Below are positions 1 to 12,660 of a DNA stretch of 64,000 nt, in pieces. Under the pieces are notes generated by a model that saw only the letters and a program-made list of their open reading frames with translations, made no database searches and had not been told where the DNA came from. Source of the stretch: Bigelowiella natans CCMP2755 (taxonomy: Eukaryota; Protista; Cercozoa); NCBI GenBank assembly GCA_000320545.1, contig ADNK01001995.1:1-64000 (forward strand), written 5' to 3'. A program made the translations under genes and the position numbers. The stretch's first letter is position 1. Every line of letters begins with the position of its first letter.

Positions 1-576
1 CCAATCGTCGTCGGTTTCTCTAAGCGTGATTAAGAGAAAAAGCCGTGCGAAGGGCTCTTACTTTCACCCCGTTAAGATCGTTTCAGGGCTGCGCCCCATG
101 TTGCACGCCAATCCCAGCGCCCCGGCCAAGACCTCAGAGGGCGCAGCAACGCGGGGGGTGGGAGACTGCTTAGTTATGGATCGAAAGCAAGCGACTCATA
201 TATTTCAGCGCTGTAGTCGTCACTGAGAAAAGAGTTAGACATGATCGATGCGTCGCGCCTGCTGCCGTAATTCACTGCGACCGGCATGCTGTTGTTGGTT
301 GAATCGCACGACGTTGCTTCCCCATCTCCCCCCCCCTGTCCCGACGACTCACCAGTGCCCAAGGCTGCAGCGTTGGGATTGGCGTCCTTCATTGAGCGCA
401 GCACCTGAAACGATCATAACGGGGTGATAAGTAAGAACCCCTCGCACGGCTTTATCTCTTCGATGATTGTTGATGATGGGAGATTATCCCCATCGGGCAG
501 CCAGCAGCATTATCAGTACAGTACACGACTAACCCAAAGGAGGATTCTGGGAAAAACGGCGCACTGAAAAGCAACG

Positions 577-624
<48 letters not shown>

Positions 625-2620
625 TGCGAAGCAGCCAAGGCATGATGGTGCCATAGAGCCACGCATTCTCCATCTTCTATTTTCTGCATGTTAGCTTGGG
701 AATCCGTCGTGAGGTGTTATCATATGTTTTGAATAATATCTTTTTATTATCGAGTATAGCTCCTCCCAAAGCAAAGAAGCATCAGATGGAATAAATACAA
801 TAATGCAACGTACGTTTTGCTGTAGCCTACGTGCCGCAGCGTTTGCGTTTCCTCCTCCTCCTCCTCCTCCTCCTCCTCCTCCATAGTCGCTGTGGTCGTC
901 GTCGGAATCGTCATCATAGTCGTCGTCGTCGTCGTCCTCCTCCTCCTCATCATTATCATCCTCTCTGTTGTATAAAGCTTGGAGGTTGCTCTGTTCCCTT
1001 CCTTCCATATCCCCCTCTGTTCCAGGTGTTGCCGCAGTTGTTGCCGCAGTTGTTGCCATCGTCGTCGTCGTTAAAGAAGAAGGGGGGGAAGAAGAAGGGA
1101 CAGCATTCATTGTGCTCGACGAAGCCGTTGAGTGATTCGCATGATTCTGTGATGAATTGGATGGAGGCCAAGGCATAGAGAAGGAGGAGGAGGAGGAGGA
1201 GGACGACGATGATGATGCAGCACTGGCAGGTGTCCGAATCAACACCACGCCGCTCGGAGCAGCGACTCTGCAACAAAAACAATAATAGTAAGAGGGGGAG
1301 GAGGAGGAGCAGAGGAGGGGAGGGGGTGGAAGGAGAATGCCGAGGAGGCGAAAAGGCCACGAAAACAAAGACAAAGAGAAGCTTTGAAAACTGATGTGAT
1401 CCTTGATTCGTGGCAGAGGAGGGCCAACTGATGGGTTCCCAGATATGGCATTATCGATACTAAGCCTTTTCCTCCTCCTCCTCCTCCTCCTCCTCCTCCA
1501 CCACCAAAAAAGAGGAAATCCATCTCCACACCAAAATAGCATCGACGACCACGGTAACAAAATCGCGTCATCATCATTATCATCATCATCATCATCGTCG
1601 TCGTCGTCGCATTCAAGTTTCGCCCCGCCCTAGTACTAACGCACCTGAGGCGTTTGGTGTTCGCTTCAAAGAGAGCCTGTGCATTCACTGTCAAACATCA
1701 CGACAACAAGCGCACACGGTTATGCTTTTCCCGGGGAGAGCACATGTAAGGATAATTCATTAATCGCTTCTCGTTCGGAAATCAACGTGGAACGGCGGTA
1801 TACCGGATAGGGGATGATCGTCATTTTCTAATCTCATGCAAGCAAACTCAGCGCATATAATATTTTTCTCTCAAATTTATGTAACACCGTAAGGACGTTT
1901 TCCTGTTGGCTCGTAAGCTACGCATGGAGCCGAAGAAGACAGTGACGACGACGAGGAGGAGGAGGACGATGATGGCGATGGTGATATGAATTGTCGAAAT
2001 GGGACGGCAGATGCTGTCGAGATTTAAAAAAAAAATCGGTATTATCAACCAATACACTCTTGAAATCCTTTTCATGGAAGATCATATTGCGGCAGATAGT
2101 GGTACTTCATGAAGTAAGAAGAAGACAACGAAGGCACATCCTTACGCAGCAGGAAATCAAACAACTTAAAAATGCTAAATACGGATTTAGCGGTGGAGGA
2201 GGAAGAGGTGGTGGTGTACTACCATCCTGGATAGAGCCAAGCGAAAGAGAGACTGTCACAGGACGCATTATCGTCCCATAGTCCTCAGCACGTTGCTCAT
2301 ATTCCTCATCGGACTCCGCCAAATCGACAAAGACCTTAGTGATTATTTAGTTTAATCCATCGTGCTACATACTAGTGGTATTGGGTGGTGTATTTAAACG
2401 CATGGTTGTAAGATGAACGGGTTATTAGCACTCTCCCATTCTTCTCCTCACTATCTTCTTAATAATCACCTCGTCTCCACCAGAATGGAGGATACCCTCT
2501 CTGCTTATCACACCTGAGGCAGTAGGATTACACGACGATTCGGCGAACGACAGCGAAGATATAAGTCGAAAAGGGAGAGACAAGTTTGCACAAGAATCCT
2601 TACAGGATCTTTAAATTTTC
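1..2620 (-). CDS. Hypothetical multi-exon protein; 3' end may run off the window and the start is uncertain
   Basis: Minus-strand exon-like segments with GT/AG borders, e.g. ...AESDEEYEQRAEDYGTIMR, TTICRNMIFHEKDFKS, LWEELYSIIKRYYSKHM, SNSFLSDDYSAEIYESLAFDP, plus acidic and Gly low-complexity tracts. No family recognised. Confidence 0.4.
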
Positions 2621-3735
2621 ATCATTGTTTCAAGCAAAGCCGACGAACTCACCGAGCAAGTAGAAGGAGGAGCGAGGAATTATAGACGCTTCTAAAAGGC
2701 CTCTATGAATGGATTTCATCACGTAATCAGCGACATTCCGAGAAACCCCACAGATATTTATGAACCCAAACGTTGGTCGCGAGCACAGCTGTAAAACATT
2801 GAACGGTCATCATTCTCAATGCCGCCATCATCCATCGCGAGTAGAATTGCACCTTGAGCGAGGCGCGGAAGCTTTGAAGCATCTGGCCGATATTGAGGGG
2901 ATGCGGAAGTTTGTGGTAGGCGCTGAATGTTAAACCACAAATTCAGACATTTATTTTCGAAACCTTTCTCACTTTAAGAGCTGAAAATACAATCAGGGGG
3001 CAGAGAGTGTTACGATGGTAGATGCTACCTCGACCATCCTGTCTCTCCCCACACGGCCCGAGCGACACGATGCCATCGCCTGCGGACAGGGGCTATTTTA
3101 CAGCACTGGTCTATCATTGCACAAAGCCGTTAGGAGTACCTGCAGACGAGCGACGGAGCGTTTAGCTCTTGCCAGGATTGAAATCGAAAGACTTTGCCAA
3201 GGATGTTGGGGTTCAGGACGACTCTGAGCATGTATCATTACAGTCGTCGGAAATGGTAGCGAGCTGTGTCAGGAACACTAAATAGCAAACGAAAGATGGA
3301 TAAGGTATTACCCTCTCGCTTCCCACATACGGAGAGGATAAAACCACCGGTGTGGGCTCAGTCCTGTTTCAGAAGGGGAGGGACGTCCTGTTGCAGGGTT
3401 CGGATGTGAAATTTCCCATCGGAAAACAAGAAACGGGATGTATTTTGTTTCTGCGACAAAGACGATACGCATTTTACCTAAGAAATGTACATTTGGTCGT
3501 CGTACATGTCTGCCCCCTGAAACATAGGGAAATAGTCTGCGACTTCCTCCTACGACAAGAGAAAAGCGGGTACATATTAAAGAAAAAGGCTCGGTGTTCG
3601 TTGGACGTTGGACGAGGGCCATGCATTTTTCCCCAGGTCAATAGTGATCTGCGACAAGGAAGCTGGAGAGTTTTCCCACTTTTTTTTTGAAATTTTAAAC
3701 TTGAGCTCTCAAGGCAACGGCACCGAAGGCAACGG

Positions 3736-5708
3736 ATGGGAACCTGCCGAAACCGAACCCTCACTCCCTGCGTCTCCGTTTCCCTAGTGTAATCACTGTA
3801 ATTCATTAACTTTTGATTATTAGGTCCTAGTTGCTATTGTCGTCTTTCTTTGCCTGGGTCAAACTGCCGTCACGTCATCCGAATTCGTGGAGGTAAACGG
3901 CGAAAAGCTGGTGAAGAGAACGATGATGCGGAGCCTGGTCGCCTGCGCCGATGCTCCAAGGTTCAGGAATAACAGTGCCGCACCCAATTCTTCATTCAAG
4001 ATTTTGAACAGAAGTGATGAAAATAGGAGGCAGTCGAGATCGCAGGAAACTGGCAGCGGATGTGGGAGAGTGAAGTTGATGTCCGTCAGGTCAGAACGTG
4101 AGCTCTCCCTTTCGCCTTTGTATGCGTTATTGCATGTGGAGAAACAATAGTCTAATGCTCCACTCTTCTATGTTTTGTATATTCTTCTAAGCACAAGAAC
4201 ATGATGACGGACACGGTAGTATTGGCATTACCTTGCTCTCTCAATCCCCATCTCCCTACCTCTCTCACTCTCGCCCACGCGATTTCGAATTTTATATTAT
4301 CATAGTCCTCCTCGAGTGCATATCAACCCATTAGCCCCTCACATATTAAAAAAATTGTAACATGCAACCACTGCGGATGGAGTCATATCTGGCAACACAA
4401 CGCAGGTGAGGCTTTCGAGTTATAAGGCTGCAATATCTCGCAATGTCAAAAATAAGGTTTACCTACCTTGATCACAGTAATATTCCATCCAATAAGACGT
4501 ATCGGTGATGAATTGAATGCGGAATTTGCTTACGATAATTACTGTCGAGAAGGTAGTCGTAGACATCGGTACAGGAGCTTTCGCGGTTCTGGCCATTCAA
4601 TGCGCGGAGGCGGGCGCGGTAAGATAGTAAGAGGAGTAGAAAGATAACTACAATATGGAGATGTGATTTACCGATCTACGGCTGATTATTTGCTAGAATA
4701 GTAATACGATTAAAGTGGGAGATACTTATTCGAGGAGGAGAGAGGAAATTGTCGGTGTTTTCAGTAGGCACTATTAATATTTCGTCTAAGTCATATCTGT
4801 GAAGTAGCAGTAGTAGCAGTAGTTTCTCTTCGATCATTTTGCGTGTCATTATTGTTATTCTCTACCTCTCTTCCATCAGAAACACGTTTATGCGATCGAA
4901 GTCAATGGTTGTGAGAAAACAGTCTCGAAGTCTTCTAAACACATGCATGCATGAATACACATATCAATGCGCACCCTCGCACGCAAGCATACACTAGGAA
5001 ATGATTTACATTTTTTTTTCAGGCCATTTTTTGAGCGCCTCCACCAGCTCCCCCCCCCCCTCCCCTTTCCCACCATGCTTTCCCGTTTTTCTAAGCATTT
5101 TGTTGGAACTGATAATACTTTTGAAGCAACTCAACTGGCCGAGACCTAACGTTAATGTTTTATGTACAAGGGTGGCTTATCAAGAGCGCCCAGAGGGCTA
5201 TTGCAGAATCCGGTCAATTTATCCATCCAATCCCATCCCCTGCCTGATGCTTCGAGGAGAGATAAGAGATTGTTTTTACCCGAAAAGCCTTGTGTGCTTT
5301 AACGAGGTTTTGTCGCAATTAAAAGGCTATAAAAGTAGAATTACGCTCCTCAGAGGATACTCCACTCTCATTGCCCTGCGAGAGGTATCGATCGGAGTTC
5401 TCCATGCTCACGAGAATCGCATCATACGAATGTCTACGAAAAAACGCGAAGGTAATGATGAAATGTGTACGTGTATCCTCCCTTAGAAAGTGGACATAAT
5501 TGTGCACGAGGTGATCGGCAACATCGCTTCTGAAGAGGTACAAACAGAGAAGGGGAGGGGGAGGGTGGGGGGGAAGATAGGGGCCCTTGTTTATTACCTG
5601 GCTGAGGTAGTATTAATTTATAGATCAGTGTCCATCCAGCATGAATATTGCCTTAAAATCTAAAAAAACATTAAAAAAAAAGACGCTCCTTTATATCCCC
5701 CCCCCCCC

Positions 5709-5756
<48 letters not shown>

Positions 5757-7412
5757 GAATGTGCCTTCTTGCGAATGATGCATATACGCGATTTCTAAAG
5801 AATGAAATTAGAGGCTCACACGAGCAAGCCTCCATCCCTGCAAAAGTGGAAACAATGGCGGGTGATCGAGAGGGAGAGTGGGGGAGGGGTTAGGGTTAGG
5901 AGAGTAGGGGGGGGGGGGGGATCAGGGAGTGGTGCTTTTACAGTCTGTAGTCTATGTTATTCTCAAACGTAATCAGCCCTCGTCATATAAACCTTATGCA
6001 GTAATTGATAGAGGCCGCACTTTATCCCCTTTCTACCCCCCCTCCCGTACCTCTAACAGTTCCCGTTACTCTACCTTCCAATGCACGGGATTGGAAGGGG
6101 GAACGGTGTCGCGCCAAGCGTGGAGTATTCAAGATGCTGCAGGCCTCGAGATCATGGTTCCTCGTTCCGAGGCCACAACCTATAGAGTGCTATGAGCTGG
6201 CCAGCGGCCCGGTGATAATTACGATGCTCTTGGCGGAATTAGACCATTTAGATGATGTAGATGGTTTGGTAGATTTCAGTGAAGTCCCCTCCCCTCCTCT
6301 AACCTCCGAGTATCATCGTCTGTAGGTTGAATTGGTGTCGAGTCGAACCGTGCGGTTCTCCTTTTCAGCAGCAGCATTAGCAGCAGCGGCAAACCACGGA
6401 GGGGATGAGGGAAGGGCGATCGACGGGTTTCTGCTCTACGTCGATGCATACCTAGACTCGGTACTGATGACGCCTTGTGATATTTTTGCGAAGGGGAGGT
6501 AATAGGCAAGAGAGAAGAAGGGAAGGGGGTGGGCAATACTTGCGACCACAAAGACCGACCTGCTGGGCGATAGTCTTCCTCTGAACACGCTTCCTCTGAA
6601 CACGCACTACCTATGATGGGGTTTCTTGTTAGCTCGCAAACTTCACCACCTGGAGGAGCTCGACGAAGACAAGGGGCGACGACGACGATGAGGACGAGGA
6701 GGGTAAAGAGGAGGAGGAGGAGGAGGAGGAGGAGGAGGAGGAGATATATAGATAAAGCAATGATGCCAGAGCACGCGTGCACTTGCGCCTGTCTTTGCAA
6801 TCGCTATATCGTACCTTCTCACACAGATACAGCATTTTCATCTGCCATCGCATTCGAAATGCCATGCCTTACCACGATGATCACACATAAGAACGACGAA
6901 TAGTAACGGTAATATTGCATACTTCTCCTGCTTTATTTTGCTTTTCCTTATACGGTTACAAGTATCACGTCCGTATAAGCGTTTTGAAGGTGTGCCTGTA
7001 TTCAACCCGTGATCAACCCGGGATGCTAATCCTTCACTCCTCCCCCCCCCAATTCTCTTATGATCTACTTCGATCAAGTAGCACCGGCCAAATCTATTGG
7101 CCTCCCCTCGACCAAAAACTGGCAACTGGTCTTTGTTGGGTTCGGAGGGGTGATGCGTGCAAAGGAGGGGGACACCATTGAGCTTAAGATGGAAGCTGAT
7201 CTAAGGGCATACCCCCCTAGGTATTGTGTGATTTTCGAATAATACAGGATAACATTGAACAATCTTGCTCAGCGGCGATCTTCGTCATAAAGCGACAACT
7301 TATATCCGAATATCTCATCTCTGTGTTCTAATGTTCTACCTCACTATATCCAATATATAAAAGTGTAGAGGGAGAGAGAGAGAAGAATAAGAAAATAAAA
7401 GAAAAATGAGAG

Positions 7413-7457
<45 letters not shown>

Positions 7458-7624
7458 AGAACAATTTGTTTGGTATATCAAGGTACGAATTCCGAGCTCG
7501 TGTGATGTTACAGAATTGTCCGCCAAACACATGCTCACAAGAATGTAAAGAACGGAGGCATAATTCTAGCAGTCATTCTCTGTCAGAGTTTGGCCCCCCA
7601 GTGGTGCTGCAAGGCGCTTATTAG
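3736..7624 (+). CDS. Protein arginine methyltransferase (PRMT)-like class I SAM-dependent methyltransferase with a hydrophobic N-terminal leader, ~14+ exons
   Basis: Spliced exons 4192-4215 (HKNMMTDT), 4406-4456 (VRLSSYKAAISRNVKNK), 4553-4618 (VVVDIGTGAFAVLAIQCAEAGA; motif I), 4880-4907 (KHVYAIEVN; post-I). Then KVDIIVHEVIGNIASEE|GM (motif II and double-E loop), IDGFLLYVDAYL, and STKNWQLVF (THW-loop equivalent). Stop at 7622-7624. Start uncertain. Confidence 0.85.
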
Positions 7625-8164
7625 TAGCTTGTATTGATTTGAACGTTGCATTGGTGTCTAAAACACGTATCTGCCCAGCTAGCAAGCACAGCTAAACAGC
7701 TAGTTGATGATCGAACAACAGCTCAAAACGTCAAATGACATGAGCATAGCAAATAAGTGGATATACATACACACTAAGAACACATGTCCTAGAGGGGGTA
7801 CACTCTATAGCTCTATTGGCTGTGTATTTTGCATTGCAATACGTAGTGCCGTGCGGCAGCATGCTGTCGAGGGTTTGCCTTGAACTATGCAACATGTACG
7901 CGAAAGCTTGCAGGACAAAACTTCTGTTGATTTCTAGCTACATGATAAAGATAAACGTCACATGCTCGACCTTTAATTTAACAATATACGAATGGGCAGC
8001 ACTTGATGATTTGCAAGACTATGATGAGCTATGCTAATAATGATGGAACAACTATAAGTTTGTGAGTTAATGATTTGATGTTGCCACCTCCTCGCACTAA
8101 ATTAAGAATATTGCATTTTACTGGCGAAGAGGATGTACATCATGTGAGTACTGATCCATCATCA

Positions 8165-8953
8165 TCAGGCGATCTGAGGATTATCGTGACTGAGGTCATC
8201 ATTGAGGTCTTCAACTTCTACCCCATCTCCGACCTGTTGCAACTGCTCATGGCTGCTGCCACCTATCTTCCCATCTCCAGTTTCCGTTGAAGTTACCTCG
8301 ACGATGTCAATCTTGAACATTTCAGGTTCCTTTTCGGGGAGCGTAAGGACGAGTGAGCTGGTGTCCTTGTGCCAGGCCACAGCGATACGATCGCGTGCTA
8401 TGGAGGTGGGGAGATTGATTTGACGGGAATATGTCTCTTCCTTGCCAAGAAGCTCCTCCGATATATCGCGGCAGTGGCATTTTTCCACCTCTTCGGTCTT
8501 TTCTGGAATGAGCTCTTTGGTCCACTTTCGTGAAGCCTTAATGGAGAGTGTGTCGCCGTGCGTAATGACTTGGATGTCCTCCGACTTCACGCCTGGTAAT
8601 GTAACCTTTACTGTATGAGCAAGAAGTGAACCAGATACCGTGTTATCCTTCTCTCCTATGCGTTCACTCTGGACGTCCATCATCGCATTCGCGATGCTGT
8701 TTTTCCGAATTTCCCGATTGTACTCGGCGCATGTTTGCGCGCAGCGAAACTGGCGACCAAAATGCTCCATGACATCCTTGTGGTATTGTGAAGAGGGCTC
8801 CCACTCAAATTCTGGGAACCCCCAGCTCATAATCTCGAACAGGTTCGGATTCGGCCGTATGAATCGAGCCTGGGTTGGCTGCGCTGCCACGACGAGTAGC
8901 ATGAACGCTGTGACGAGGTATTTGTTTCTCATGGCACTAGTAATGGCTTTCAT
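8165..8953 (-). CDS. Small heat-shock protein (Hsp20/alpha-crystallin domain) with signal peptide; intronless
   Basis: TVKVTLPGVKSEDIQV...DTLSIKASRK...YSRQINLP...SLVLTLPEK...KIDIV (I-x-I motif). N-terminus KYLVTAFMLLVVAAQPTQA reads as a signal peptide. Confidence 0.9.
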   Translation of the reverse strand: MKAITSAMRNKYLVTAFMLLVVAAQPTQARFIRPNPNLFEIMSWGFPEFEWEPSSQYHKDVMEHFGRQFRCAQTCAEYNREIRKNSIANAMMDVQSERIGEKDNTVSGSLLAHTVKVTLPGVKSEDIQVITHGDTLSIKASRKWTKELIPEKTEEVEKCHCRDISEELLGKEETYSRQINLPTSIARDRIAVAWHKDTSSLVLTLPEKEPEMFKIDIVEVTSTETGDGKIGGSSHEQLQQVGDGVEVEDLNDDLSHDNPQIA

Positions 8954-9189
8954 CTTTGCTTAGTATCTTTTAGATGTGCTGGGGACTGGTTCTGCTTGAG
9001 CGTATTGTCTCTGGTGATTCGTTTGGATTGTGTGCCAGTGGAAGAGTCAGAGGTGTGGCCTCATACAGCCTCCTCGGATACCCACTTCTGGCGATGGTCG
9101 CTGAGTCAGCCCAAAAAACACGTGGAATGCAGGCCTTTTAATTTGGAAATTTGCGGGTTTACAGAAAATCTCGAACACAATCGCGAAGG

Positions 9190-9204
9190 AGAAGTTTCTG
9201 GAAC
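9190..9204. promoter_or_regulatory. Heat-shock element (three inverted nGAAn units)
   Basis: aGAAg-tTTCt-gGAAc lies about 240 bp upstream of the Hsp20 ATG, inside a GAA/TTC-rich stretch (9160-9390). Confidence 0.7.
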
Positions 9205-9495
9205 CCAGACGAATTCCCGCGAAGGATTTCCAAAGGTTTCGGAAGTTTCGGAAGAATCCGGAACTGACTCATCGCGAGTCTTCCCCGAAAAACCCGTGGT
9301 TTTTGGTCAGCGACACGCCTTAAGAGCGAAGTTCTTTTCCGGACTAGCATGTCCTTTCCGCGAAAATTCCTTTTCTGAAAACGTAGAATCTCATGCCATT
9401 TTTGCATCGCGTCATTCCAGATATCGGCTAAAAGACGAAAAATCGCTGCTGTTTTCTTTCAACTCTAGGTGCTCGTATGCCATCCCCCTACGGGT

Positions 9496-12007
9496 ATGCA
9501 AGGTAGGATGGGTCGACGCTGGTTTGCTACGTCAGCATCCAGCAATTCTTGCGCTGCCTACAGAGGAAGACCGTCAACAATCAAGCGTCATAGCTTAGAC
9601 CCTTTCATCAAGCGGTTTAGTCAGCCACGTTTCTTTGTAAATCCTTCTTCCGACGCTCCGCTCAAAGGGCTAAGATTTGCTGCGAAGGATAACCTTGATG
9701 TGAGAGGAACAGTGACGGGTGTTGGCTCGCCCAAGTGGGCCTCACAGGCAGCTCCAGCTACAAGAGGTAGATATTCGCAGAGATGCAACTGAATAACCAC
9801 TTACGTCACAGCCACTGTCTTCCTCCTCCATCTACTACAAGCATACCCACACTCTCTCTCTCTCTCACACACACACACCAGTGCACACCCACGCATACAT
9901 CCTAGAAGATTCAACGTGTTTCTCAGAAGTGCGGTTTGTTGTTTTCCTCTCGCACGACAGATGCGCTCATAGTCGAGGAGCTTCTGCGAGGTGGCGCCTG
10001 CCTTGTTGGAAAGGTGTAGGGTGCCATCTTGATGTGTTGCTACTGATGTTTCATCTATCACCTCCACGTTCCTATTAGCAAAAAAATAGTTTTGCAGCGC
10101 GGCACTCATGGAACATTCACATCATGGTGATAACTAGACACACATGGATGAGCTAGCATATAGCATCTCTGGAGATAACTGGCATTACGGCGACTGTCTA
10201 AACCCAAAGTATCGCAGCATGCCCCCTCTCCTCTCCCCCCCTCTTTCTATGACTAGATAACTATCAAAATTTCGGTGTTTGCTCAGCAAAGCTGCTGTTT
10301 CCTAAAGACTGGCCACCAAATTCTCCTCCACATCCCCAGATATGCAACCCAAATTTGTTTGTTTTCACAACGATAACGCCGACACTTAGATTTCCTGGCC
10401 TGGCAGTTGGAGGGAGTTCGAGTGGCTCGGCTGCAGCTGTGGCAGAGGGGGAGGGGACGGGAGGAAAATTCGACCTGGATTTCTCTCTAGGAACGGACAC
10501 GTGCGGGTGAAGCTAGCTCACCCGTTATGATTTACATTCCGATTGCAGATGTCCCATGTGGGTGTTCCACATTGTACGCAGCGCTTCATCGAACCTCTAA
10601 AGAATACTCTTCTCCCTTGAAATATAACCAATATCTTCTTGTGTCATCTATCACGATTTCTCCACTTACCGACATCGTTATCATTATCAGTGTATTGTTT
10701 TCTTGCGCGCAGATCCGTTCGTGTGCCCGCTGCCTACTGCGGCTTGTTTGGCATTCGTACGACTCATGGATTAGTACGCTCGGAAGGGTTAGAGCATATG
10801 GCTGAGTCGTTTGACAGCATAGGATGGTTTTCACGCGATGCAGACATGCTCTGCAAAATTACCGATTTTGTCGTGTCTTCTCAAGCAGCAACGAAAGGGG
10901 CTGGAGGTGAAGTGGAGAGAGTGTTTGCAGAAACGGCCTCCTCCTCCTCCTCGTTTTCTTCGTCGCCATTTTCTAGCGGTGTAGAGAGAGGAATGGTTCG
11001 CAAAATCTTCGTGGCAGAGGACCTTCTCGCGAACTCGAGCCTGCCTCCAAAAGCCCTGAAACAGCTCAAGCTGAAGGTAGATACCAACAACAAACATCAT
11101 TAACAATTGTCTATTGATGTACAGGACTAGAGATCGATCCTACCAAATGTTACCGAATCGCATCAGCTTGTTGGAGCTCGATTTAGTCTCCCCACACATA
11201 CGAGCAACACCTCCAATCTTCCACAATTGATCCTTTCTGCATCTCTTTCAGACGCGTGCGGCCGCGGCGGCATTGTCAGAAGCATACGGTGCGTCAATAG
11301 AAGAGATATCGGTGGAGGCCTGGCTCAGAGAGCAGCTACCTGATATCCTTTCATGGTCGCCAACATCTACAGTTTCAGAAGGGGACAACAAAAGCCAGAG
11401 CCCTCCTTCCTCTGCCCCTCCCCCCTCATCACCGCCGTCCGCCCTCGCTGCAGCCACAGCCGTCATGCGGACGCTTATCATGTACGAAAGCTGGCAAGCA
11501 CTTGGAAGATTTTATGAGGGGGAGGAGGAGCAGCGAAAACTGCGACCAGATGACCTGCCGCACACCATCGGTCTTGATGTCGCGGAGCGATTGCAGGCGT
11601 CCCGCGCTGTGGGGAGAATTCGTGCCGCGGAGGCCGCTGAGATGAAGCGCAAATTTGTCGGGGTAGTGCATGATGCCTTGCTCGAGTTGGACGATGGCGG
11701 CAGCGCCTTGTTGCTCATGCCGACGATTCCCGGCATCCCCCCCGCTGCTGGTCTCGAGAATGTTGTCGGGGCCCAAATCCGCACCGCGACGTTCGAGTTG
11801 CTGGCTGTGTCAGGCTTGGGGTCAACACCACAAGCAGTGTGCCCTCTTGGCAGCTTCGAAAATGTCACTGACAACAGTGCGACAGCGGCGGCAAATCCGC
11901 CCAGAATACCGCTGTCGCTTTCCGTTGTTGGCCCTCGTTACTCAGACGTAGAATGCTGCAGAGCAGTGTCCTTTATTGCCAAAAGCGAGGCTTGTTCTTC
12001 CTGTTGA
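9496..12007 (+). CDS. Amidase-signature family enzyme (AMI1/Toc64-amidase-like), 6 exons, possible mitochondrial presequence
   Basis: PLKGLRFAAKDNLDV (catalytic Lys), GK|THMDELAYS, GGSSSGSAAAVA, LGTDTCG|SVRVPAAYCGLFGIRTTHG (Ser-cisSer-Lys triad motifs). N-terminus MQGRMGRRWFATSAS. Confidence 0.9.
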
Positions 12008-12660
12008 TAGAAACGAAAGATGCTAAGTAGTTAGCAAGCATGCTTGGAGTTAGATACATGCACACAACAGCACATGCACGATATCGCCTCGCAACTCGAT
12101 CTAACATCAGCATGCAGCATGGAGTCATCCAAGCTTGTGACACATATGAGTGCATATGGATTGCACTTTATCTATTTCTACATATACAAGGCATTAGTTG
12201 AGTCTATTGCAGCATGTACAAGTATTATTACGTTGCCTAAATTGAATTAAAATTCATTGCTGACAGTCCTGCCGAGCGACAATGCCATCGATTTGGCCTG
12301 TGCATAACTTGCTATTTGCTTCATGTCGCAATATTTGCTGCAGTCGTTTTGGACATCATATTGCAAAGCTGCTGCTTGTTCAGCGGAAGTGCGTCGCAAC
12401 AAAATGAACTGCTATCTGTCGTAAAACATGCACACAGCTGATAGCGCGAGCATGTGCAAGATGATGTCTAATTAAAAGACATCATGTGAAATAAAACAAT
12501 TGTAACACGTGCGACATACTGATATATACGTAGGACTATAGCAAATTACCCAATTTTGAATTTATTAAATGTTGGTTAGTCCAAATCCGTTTCTTTCTGA
12601 TATTGCCTACATCGCTCAGTTTTTTGAGTCGAAGGCACGTTCAACTACAGCAAGGTACTC

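Noticed and set aside
691-1694. Long overlapping ORFs with poly-R/S/L/T runs (and similar ORFs throughout the window)
   Set aside because: Mostly read-through of trinucleotide and dinucleotide microsatellites; only parts are plausible exons.
5880-5920. Telomere-like gggttagggttagg and G-runs
   Set aside because: Only two units, inside a G-rich intron; no telomeric array.
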